35,221 bases of DNA from Eledone cirrhosa (taxonomy: Eukaryota), in contig CAXHJY010001180.1 in the NCBI GenBank assembly GCA_964016885.1, positions 1 through 35,221 on the forward strand, written 5' to 3'. The translations under genes were made by a program, and so were the position numbers. This document shows positions 25,124 through 35,221 of the stretch, piece after piece. A model generated the notes under the pieces. It was not told the DNA's origin. It saw nothing but the letters and a program-made list of their open reading frames with translations, and did no database searches. Every line of letters starts with the position of its first letter. Position 1 is the stretch's first letter.

Positions 25124-25819
25124 CTATTGAATCAAATGATATCACAGAGTTTCATAAAAGACTCCACAAGAACAAGGAGAGAGAAGCGATTCTATACGAT
25201 ATGTTCTTGATAAAACATAATTTAGGGAGCTCTGTTCTGTTTATATTTCCCCCCAATTATTAGACGAAGTGAATCACAGCCACAGATGAACACTTTACAC
25301 ACGATTCGGTAAAGCCCTTAAGAACAGAAAATTTTGTTTCATTTGTCTGTCCTATGTTAATCGATAAAATATCATCGACATTGATATTTACCTAAACCGA
25401 AATAGCTTTACAGCGGCGATGGAGGGTGACTTCATTAAAGTAAGCTCGTTGTATGCAATTGCGCCATCTTTATTTACGCAACGCAAGATGTCGACCGATA
25501 AAATTGTTTACTTAATGGCTAGAATGAACTAAATGGATAGAGATGCTTGGTCGTCTTTCTTCTTTATTTTCTGAGTTTTCTTTAAATATAACTTAAATAC
25601 GAAACCACAAGCGGTGAAATGATATAAATCATTGCATTGCCACGGAATATATTTTGTGATGTGCAGCTGCTCAAATTTCAGCTCATTCGCTGTAAATCTT
25701 TCCGGTACAATTACTAGAGAGTCTCTGGTTTACAACCAGTTGCAATGTCTGTACCGATCCTTCAATATCTGAGTTCGAATCCCATTGCTTCTCTCTATTT
25801 ATCAACGTAAGATATAATG

Positions 25820-26016
25820 TTTTCTTATTTAGACACAATGCCAGCTACTTGGTGGGGGAAAGGGTCGATTAAATCGACCCCAGTTCGTTACTGGTACTTT
25901 AGTTTCGTTACTGGTACTTTAGAAAGGCAAAGCTAGCCTCGGCGGGATGTGAATTCAGAACTTAAAGGGACGTAACTTTATGCTGCAAAACATGTTGGCC
26001 GACGCTCTACCGATTA
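25820..26016 (-). mobile_element. Third copy of the same SINE (internal 19-bp duplication and a deletion)
   Basis: GTCGATTAAATCGACCCCAG, CTGGTACTTT twice, AAAGGCAAAG..CCTCGGCGGGAT. Confidence 0.78.
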
Positions 26017-26029
26017 CTGTAAAGTAATG

Positions 26030-26098
26030 CACTGGGGTCGATTTAATCGACTTTCCCTTTCCCACAATATTGTTGGCCTAGTGCCTAAATCAGAAACA
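26030..26098 (+). mobile_element. 3' fragment of the same SINE in opposite orientation
   Basis: ACTGGGGTCGATTTAATCGAC...GTGCCTAAAT is similar to the reverse complement of 25827-25884. Confidence 0.75.
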
Positions 26099-26389
26099 AT
26101 TATCAGCAGTAGTAGCAGTAGTAGTAACACCAACAGTAGTAATAGCAGCAGCAGTAGTGGTAGTGGTAGCAGTAGTAGACATGGCGTAGGCATACAATAC
26201 AACAGGAGGAAACATAATAGCACCACTGATGATGCTGCAGATGTGCAACGAAAGAACTTTGTTAGACTATATATATGTGTTTGTGTCTATATTATATCTG
26301 TATTTTTGACCGTTGGTCAGGCAATGGTAACATTGAGGACCGAATAAATTAACTGATATAAAAGATACAGAAGCAAAAACCATCCAAAC

Positions 26390-26502
26390 AGTGAGTGTGT
26401 TCTGTTATTAATTCTGGCAATGTTATTACAACAATATGACCCTCCCCAAGTATAACAATATTTGTTTCGACACACGATTTCATATCAAAAACCTCGCAAA
26501 AC

Positions 26503-26503
<1 letters not shown>
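26390..26503. repeat. Dispersed repeat fragment (family also at 31776-31863 and 32024-32069)
   Basis: Shares ATGACCCTCC(C)CAAGTATAACAATAT..TTTC(G/A)ACACACGATTTCA. Confidence 0.75.
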
Positions 26504-26556
<53 letters not shown>

Positions 26557-26648
26557 TTATATATATATTTATATATATATACATATAAATATATATATAT
26601 ATATACATATAAATATATATATACATATAAATATATATATACATATAA

Positions 26649-26743
<95 letters not shown>

Positions 26744-26788
26744 CATATAAATATATATATATATACATATAAATATATATATATATAC

Positions 26789-26851
<63 letters not shown>

Positions 26852-26884
26852 TATATATATACATATAAATATATATATATATAC

Positions 26885-26915
<31 letters not shown>

Positions 26916-26964
26916 AATATATATAAATATATACATATAAATATATATATATACATATATATAT
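26504..26964. repeat. (TA)n with CATATAAA interruptions
   Basis: Direct reading. Confidence 0.95.
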
Positions 26965-27448
26965 CAACTAGAAATTGATTGGCATATAAATATATCTAAA
27001 ATAAACATATGAAACAATCACAGGGGATAATTTGTAAAAGTGTGTAAGCACACATAGCTAGGTAGGTAACTAAATAAAGTTTAACTAGAACTTCAAAAAT
27101 AGATACCTTATAAATTGATTAATCTTCCTTGTATATATTCCATTAAAGAAATATAAAATGATATAAAATGCTCGGATCTATTCATTGGAATCTTGGAGCA
27201 TATTTTACTGGTGATATGGCGCATGTCTATCTGACATGACACCCTTAATTTAACTTAATTTTGGATATATACATATATATATATAAATATATACATATAA
27301 ATATATATATAGATACATATAAATATATATATATATAAATATATACATATAAATATATATATATATACATATATATATAAATATATATATATAAATATAT
27401 ATATATAAATATATATATATTATGAAAATAAAACAAATAAATATAAAT

Positions 27449-27479
<31 letters not shown>

Positions 27480-28184
27480 AATATATATAAATATATATAT
27501 ATAAATAAATATATATATATATTTACACTGTGGCTAAATAAGCTGTCAGTATCTAGACATGTCTGTCCTCTATACAAATGAGGACAGACAACTTCAGCAG
27601 TTTTTCTCTATATACACCTCCAATCAATATTGTCAATGAAGATATAAAGATGTCTATATGAGATATGAAGCGTAACGTGTATGGCGACAGTTACGTCTCT
27701 CTCTCTTCCTTCGTAACCCCCACCCTCTCTCTTCCTCTGTACCCCCTCTCTCTCTCTCTCTCTTCCTCTGTACCCCCCCCCCTCTCTCTCTCTCTTCCTC
27801 TGTAACGCCCCCCTCTCTCTCTCTCTAGCCCGCTCTCTCTCTAATGTTTATATATGGATATGTAGGGATATATGAATGTATGCATATGTATATATATATA
27901 TATGCATATATGTAATGTATTATATATATTTGTTTATATATATAGATAGAGAGAGAGAGAGAGAGGTTACAGAGGAAGAGAGAGAGAGAGAGCGTTTTCT
28001 GAACACGAAGAATGCAGTACAAATCTGTAGAGCTGAAATGTGCTGCTTTCGATATATTTTAAGATGTGTATGCTTTGACTTGTGGGTGGTGTGTACTGTG
28101 TGGTGGATGGTGCCGTAAGCATCTTAAAAGTTGCTAAAACTTCACACCTCAACAGCATCGCGTATGTATATATAGTATGTATGC

Positions 28185-28222
<38 letters not shown>

Positions 28223-28693
28223 ATTTATATATATATGTGTGTGTGTGTATATACATATTTATTTACATATGTATATATATATATATAAATACATATATAA
28301 ATATTGTATATATATATAAATACATATATATATGTATATATATATATATATATATATACATAGCCAAATATTCGATTCCCATAAATCCGCCATTATGTCT
28401 AAAAGGTTTCACTTAACAAAATTTAATTTGCTGCTTTGCACTCCAAAAAAATAACAAGTGGGAGATAAAAAATATTTTAAACAATAAAAAAAAAACATAT
28501 TGAAACTTTAGAAAACCACATATATAAAACAATATAAATATACATATATAAAAATATATAAAATAATCATATTATTGAATAAGAAAAAAGAAATATATAT
28601 ATATATAAATATATATGAATAAATAAATAAATATACATATATATGAATAAATATGAATATATATATGAATATATATATATATATATATATATA

Positions 28694-28744
<51 letters not shown>

Positions 28745-29699
28745 CATATATCTGTGTATATATATATATATATCTGTATATATATATATATAAAGATAAT
28801 CTTGGATAAGAAAAGAATACTAAAATAATATAAAGATAAAACAAATAACGTCAATATATTAATGGTTTTCTCTTTGTTTCGTTTGTTTGTTGGTGGTTGT
28901 GGTGGTGGTTTTTTTTATTTTAAAAAATAATACATATCATCTCTTAATAACTACTACCATGGTGGTGGTGGTGACGGTGATGATGGCGATGGTGATGATG
29001 ATGATTTCTATATTATCCTCGTATTAACTGTTATATATTGAATTTTGTTTTCAAAGAATAACAATACTAATGATGATGATGATGATGATGATGACAACAA
29101 GAAGAATATTAATTAAATTTTTTTTAAACCCCAAACTATAACAAAAATGATGATGATGGCGATGTTGATGATGAGATTATGATGAGGATGAACAGTTTTT
29201 TTTATCTCTGACAATAGCCCAAGATGTTAGGGGTGGGGTGGTGGTTAATTAGACGGAATGGTGACGGCGATGATGATTATCACAGTAATTATAATAACAA
29301 CTATAATAATAATAATAATTATAATAATAGTAACAACAACAATGATGATGATGATGATGATGATGACGTTTTGGCCGTGTTTATAGTATTTAAATAATAA
29401 CAATCTGAAAAGTACATGAAATAGATTTGAAATCGCGAATATGTTCTTTATTTGTTTTTATGACTTTTGTTGATTTTTGATTTTTGTTGATTTTTGATTT
29501 TTGTTGATTTTTTGTTAATATTTTTATTAATATTTTTATTTTTTGTTGACTTTTCGTTTTTTGGCACTTATCAAAGAATGCCTCCATTTTGGGGAACCCA
29601 TTAAAACGAATTTTCCAGCGCAAAGCAACGTTCCCCTAAGCCAAAATCCTGAAACTAACCTCGCCACACTCACCATTAACACAAAAGCCATCGCCTCAA

Positions 29700-30080
29700 C
29701 TAACACCACCACTACTACTATTATCACCACCACCGTCACCAACACTACCAACACTACCACCACCGTCACCAACACTACCACCACCATCACCAACACTACC
29801 ACCACCATCACCAACACTACCACCACCATCACCAACAACACTACCACCACCCATCACTAACACTGCCAGCAACACCAAAAACACCCTTACTACCACCAAC
29901 AATAACAACAATAACAACAACAACAGCAGCGTTGCCACATCAACAACACGAACAAAACGAACAACAACGCTAACAACACCAACACCATTACCAATACTAC
30001 TAGCCCCACCAACATCACCACCCATACCAACAGCACCCACATCAAGCTGCCACCAACAAGAACAACAACAACAACACCTC
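29700..30080. repeat. (CCA/CAA)n repeat including 21-bp units CACCAACACTACCACCACCAT
   Basis: Direct reading. Confidence 0.88.
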
Positions 30081-30240
30081 CAAAAGAAACACTAACACGA
30101 GTAACACTACAGTCGCTATATTCAGTATAATGGACGGCCGATCTTGACTGAGGAGATGGCAGCCATTACTATGAGGTCACGTGATCAGATAGAAGTTTGA
30201 TTATTTCCAGAACTGACATGATTCCTTTTAAAAGAGACAC

Positions 30241-31014
30241 AGCAACAACTACAACAACAACAACACTACTACTACTACTACTACTGCTGCTGCTACTACT
30301 ACTACCATTACCATCGCTACTACTACCACAACTACTATTACTACTACCACAACTACTATTACTACTACCACCATTACTACAACTACTACTACTATTACTA
30401 CTACTATTACTACTACTATTACTACTACTACTACTACTACAATAACTACTATTACTACCACTACTACTATTACAATAACTACTATTACTACCACTACTAC
30501 TACTACTACAATAACTACTATTACTACCACTACCACTACTACTACTACTACTACAATAACTACTATTACTACTACTACTACTACTACTACAATAACTACT
30601 ATTACTACCACTACTACTACTACTACTACAATAACTACTATTACTACCACTACTACTACTACTACTACAATAACTACTATTACTACCACTACTACTACTA
30701 CTACAATAACTACTATTACTACCACTACTACTACTACTACAATAACTACTATTACTACCACTACTACTACTACTACAATAACTACTATTACTACTACTAC
30801 TACTACTACTACTACTACAATAACTACTATTACTACCACTACTACTATTACTACTACTATTACAATAACTACTATTACTACCACTACTACTACTACTACA
30901 ATAACTACTATTACTACCACTACTACTACTACTACTACAATAACTACTATTACTACCACTACTACTACTACTACTACTACAATAACTACTATTACTACTA
31001 CTATTACTACTACT
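30241..31014. repeat. (CTA)n-derived minisatellite, ~36-39-bp unit with CAATAACTACTATTACTACCA
   Basis: Direct reading. Confidence 0.93.
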
Positions 31015-31326
31015 CTCCTCCTGATGTCGAGAATGCTTCATCATATTAGTAAAACGAAAAAGAAATGTAGTCTAATAGATCGAATCAATCTATAATGGCG
31101 TCTAGCTGTCTAAGATCTGGCGTGTCACGTCTGGAAATACCATGACAGACGTCTTATATATCTGGAGGGACAGAAGGAGCAAATCACATCGAGAATTATT
31201 TTAACAGTTTATCTTTTATTTCGTATTATTTTTGGGTGTGTGTGACTTGCTAGTTCTATATATTATATATATATAAGTATATATACGATATTAAATAAAT
31301 GGAAACTATATTTATAAAACCATATC

Positions 31327-31390
31327 TATTTCATTATATATATTTCAGGGATATCATTAACAATATGTTATGCCTTCTTCAGACAAAATA
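31327..31390 (-). ncRNA. Type I hammerhead ribozyme
   Basis: Reverse-complement twin of 31545-31610. Confidence 0.78.
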
Positions 31391-31544
31391 CAATATAGAC
31401 AGTTTTATAGATAAATAGATTTGACATACCGTTCAACATCGACTTGTATTTGAAAAAGTTGATTCTGCCAAATCAACTTTTTCAAATACAAGTCGATGTT
31501 GAACGGTATGTCAAATCTATTTATCTATAAAACTGTCTATATTG

Positions 31545-31610
31545 TATTTTGTCTGAAGAAGGCATAACATATTGTTAATATGATATCCCTGAAATATATA
31601 TAATGAAATA
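31545..31610 (+). ncRNA. Type I hammerhead ribozyme (predicted cut after 31602)
   Basis: TATTTTGT-CTGAAGA-AGG C ATAACATATT gtt AATATGATAT C CCT-GAAA-TATATA-TA-ATGAAATA. Confidence 0.82.
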
Positions 31611-31817
31611 GATATGGTTTTATAAATATAGTTTCCATTTATTTAATATCGTAAATATACTCCAAATACTTGTTGAGTGCTTTTATATCAGTTATAAATA
31701 TTTACTAGTTGTAACCCAACAATTTAAATATAACTTTCCATGTATAAGTATATATATATATTTCGTTTCTGAATTTGTTTAGCAAGATTCTTTATCTGAA
31801 ATCGTGTGTTGAAACCG

Positions 31818-32069
31818 ATATTGTTATACTTTGGGAGGGTCATGTTGCCAATAAGAAACACACTGAAGAGGTCACAGAGTGTGTGACGAAAGGACTATGA
31901 CTATATATAAACAACTATCTGGTTGTGGAACCAACCAACCAACCAGAAACTTATAAGTTTGTAGATTTGTAAATTTATAAATTTATAAATATATAATAAA
32001 TTGAAGTGAAATCAACTGGTGCGTGTGTTTCTTATTGGCAACATGACCCTCCCAAAGTATAACAATATA
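31818..32069. repeat. Perfect 46-bp inverted repeat (31818-31863 / 32024-32069) with 160-bp spacer
   Basis: ATATTGTTATACTTTGGGAGGGTCATGTTGCCAATAAGAAACACAC and its reverse complement. Confidence 0.9.
31861..31901 (+). ncRNA. Hammerhead core with truncated stem I
   Basis: CA-CTGAAGA-G GTCACA gagtg TGTGAC-GAAA-GGAC-TA-TG. Only 2 bp of stem I remain. Confidence 0.55.
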
Positions 32070-32198
32070 TATATATATATTGAGATTAGAAATATAAGCT
32101 ATCACCGTATTTTTGACTAAAGTAATTTTTAGCCTGATAGTGGGGTTTAGAACCTCAGAAATGGAAAACAGATGAGTATTGACGTACAATAATATATA

Positions 32199-32382
32199 TA
32201 TATTATTCGAAATATTAATAAATGAAGACGTTCACATAATCCAAATATATGTTTTATTATATACATTTCGGAGGTACTGTGCTGTTTTTTCAGTACGTCC
32301 TCATCAGATAAAATACATGAATTGATGTATGACATACCTCAACTGTTTTGATGGTTCAATTCTAGTCTTGGCAGTCATATAA
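32199..32382 (-). mobile_element. Single-arm HHR element (same family as 5617-5800)
   Basis: Colinear similarity to 5617-5800. Confidence 0.82.
32250..32315 (-). ncRNA. Type I hammerhead ribozyme with canonical core
   Basis: Minus strand TATTTTAT-CTGATGA-GGA C GTACTG..CAGTAC C TCC-GAAA-TGTATA-TA-ATAAAACA. Confidence 0.87.
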
Positions 32383-32418
<36 letters not shown>

Positions 32419-32497
32419 ATTATATATACACTGTACCTACAATTATATATATATATATATATATACAGTATATATATATGTATGTATATCTATATAT

Positions 32498-32561
32498 AGA
32501 GCTCTGCCGTCGGCGTTAAACATTTTCCTATTACCCACTCTACTACCGTAAGTATTGAGTA
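32498..32561 (+). mobile_element. Fragment of HHR-element family C
   Basis: GAGCTCTGCCGTCGG...TTCCTATTACCCACTCTACTACC.TAAGTATTGAGTA matches 8286-8348. Confidence 0.78.
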
Positions 32562-33030
32562 TATATATATATATATTATTTGTGTTTATATAATTATTTG
32601 TTGTTTGTTTTGTTACGTTTTGTTGGGGGTGTTTTTTTTTTTTTGTTTTGTTTTTTTACATTTTTCTTATCTTTTGTTCATTTCTTAGATTTCAAAGTTT
32701 TTTTAAGAAACAAAATGTCGAAACCGCGAGGACAAATATTTCATTTTCTATATTTTCTTAAACTGTGTTATCGTTGGTAGCTTTAATTCTTCCTTTACCT
32801 ATGTGTTGAAGGAGGTGTGTGTGTATGTGTGTTTAAGGATGCGTGTGTGTGTGTGTGTGTTTAAGGATGCGCGTGTGTGTGTGTAGGCTTGTGTGTGTGT
32901 ATGTATGTAGGCCTGTATGTGTGTGTACATGTATGAGTTTGTGTACATGTATATCTGCGTGTGTGTGTGTGTGTATGTAGGCCTGTATGTGTGTGAGTGA
33001 GTGAGTGTGTGTACATGTATATGTGAGTGT

Positions 33031-33072
<42 letters not shown>

Positions 33073-33283
33073 AGGCCTATATGTGTGTTGTTCTCTCTCT
33101 TTCCCTTTTCTCCCCAATTTTCTTCATAATTTTCACTCATCTAATGGAGACATATATTTTCTGATCGTGAATTATAAATCGTGATGGAAGTAGTGTAGAT
33201 ATTTTATTGTATATAAAGACATTATAATCCAAGTAATAGTTGTGTGTGTATATATATATATAGATAGATTTGGAGTGTACGTA

Positions 33284-33325
<42 letters not shown>

Positions 33326-33373
33326 ATATAGATTTGAAGTGTAGGTAATATGTATATATATATATAATATATT

Positions 33374-33414
<41 letters not shown>

Positions 33415-33976
33415 ATATTTATATATACGTATAAATTGATACATAAATATATACATAAATGTACTTATATATATATATATACTTATATATATATATGTAC
33501 TTATATATATATATATATATACGTACATAAATGTATGTATATATATATATATATATATACGTATATCTATAATACATTTATGTATACACACACATACATA
33601 TATATACTATATATATATATATATACGTGTATATATATATACACACACGCTTATACAAGTTTTATTGGCTATATCCTTGGTCTACGGCCATGCTGGGGCA
33701 AAATTTACTTCTAGATACCTAAAGGTACGTTCGCTATTGACGTCAGAGAAAAACACACTTCAGACAGCCTATAGTATTAGAGACTTAACTATGAGTAGGG
33801 ATGACGTCACTCGGTATTATGGTCCTCGGGAAATGTTGCATTAACAAACACATTAAAACAGAAGAGAATTATTTAAACACGTGTTAATACAGTCATCTAG
33901 TTTGTGCACGAAATGGCAAAAGATGTATATTTGTTTGTGTGTCTGTGTGCGTGTGTATATATACAGACATATGTGC

Positions 33977-34007
<31 letters not shown>

Positions 34008-34029
34008 CATACACACATATATGTGTGTG

Positions 34030-34061
<32 letters not shown>

Positions 34062-34074
34062 TGTGTGTGTGCCT

Positions 34075-35221
34075 TTATGTATATATATATTATATATATA
34101 TATGTGTGTATATATATATATTATATATATATATGTGTGTATATATATATATTATATATATATATGTGTGTATATATATATATTATATATATATATTATA
34201 TATATATATGTGTGTATATATATTATATATATATATGTGTGTATATATATTATATATATATATGTCTATGTATATATATATATTATATATATATATGTGT
34301 ATGTATATATATATATATTATATATATATATGTGTATGTATATATATTATATATTATTATATATATATGTGTATGTATATATATATATTATATATATATA
34401 TGTGTATGTATATATATATATTATATATATATATGTGTATGTATATATATATATTATATATATATATGTGTATGTATATATATATATTATATATATATAT
34501 GTGTATGTATATATATATATTATATATATATATGTGTATGTATATATATATATTATATATATATATGTGTATGTATATATATATATTATATATATATATG
34601 TGTATGTATATATATATATTATATATATATATGTGTATGTATATATATATATTATATATATATATGTGTATGTATATATATATATTATATATATATATGT
34701 GTATGTATATATATATATTATATATATATATGTGTATGTATATATATATATTATATATATATATGTGTATGTATATATATATATTATATATATATATGTG
34801 TATGTATATATATATATTATATATATATATGTGTATGTAATATATATATATTATATATATATATATGTGTATGTATATATATATATATTATATATATATG
34901 TGTATGTATATATATATATTATATATATATATGTGTATGTATATATATATATTATATATATATATGTGTATGTATATATATATATTATATATATATATGT
35001 GTATGTATATATATATATTATATATATATATGTGTATGTATATATATATATTATATATATATATGTGTATGTATATATATATATTATATATATATATGTG
35101 TATGTATATATATATATTATATATATATATGTGTATGTATATATATATATTATATATATATATGTGTATGTATATATATATATTATATATATATATGTGT
35201 ATGTATGTATATATATATATT
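34075..35221. repeat. ~33-bp (TA)-derived minisatellite (TATATATATATATTATATATATATATGTGTATG)n, runs off the window
   Basis: Direct reading. Confidence 0.95.

Larger units (their letters stand above)
31284..31740. mobile_element. Young palindromic double-HHR element, family A (arms 31284-31464 / 31471-31653, tail to 31740)
   Basis: Arms of ~181 bp, identical by eye except a 2-bp indel. 6-nt loop CTGCCA. TATAAGTATATATA on both flanks. Confidence 0.9.

Noticed and set aside
30169-31044. Ser-rich 291-aa ORF with SSSSGSNSSYC repeats
   Set aside because: Reverse reading of a (CTA)n-derived minisatellite.
32130-32170. CTGATAG-TGGGGTT/AACCTCA-GAAA
   Set aside because: The core deviates from CUGANGA and there is no stem I/III pairing. 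At most a dead remnant.

Overview
Eukaryotic, AT-rich, microsatellite-saturated non-coding DNA. The SINE types and (TA)n/(CATA)n/(CA)n load suggest a cephalopod (Octopus-like) genome; this is inference. I find no credible protein-coding gene: nearly all of the supplied ORFs are translations of simple repeats or repeat fragments. The main signal is about 15 type I hammerhead ribozyme (HHR) cores (stem I-CUGANGA-stem II-GAAA-stem III-NUH-stem I') plus several half-cores, clustered at 0.6-8.8 kb and 31.3-32.6 kb. They sit in short non-coding elements from several divergent families. The elements are inserted in (TA)n tracts, and most are head-to-head palindromes with one ribozyme per strand and a one-sided 3' tail carrying a conserved ACTC...GAGT hairpin. 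This matches non-autonomous Penelope-like (PLE) or retrozyme-type retroelements. Many of the HHRs share an unusual covarying stem II (3 bp, C.C mismatch, longer helix) and a palindromic mini stem III. Also present are a decayed 3' end of an RLE-type non-LTR retrotransposon, tRNA-derived SINEs, several minisatellites, an inverted triplication, and an apparent excess of ATGGCG (YY1/Pho-like) motifs in the unique islands.
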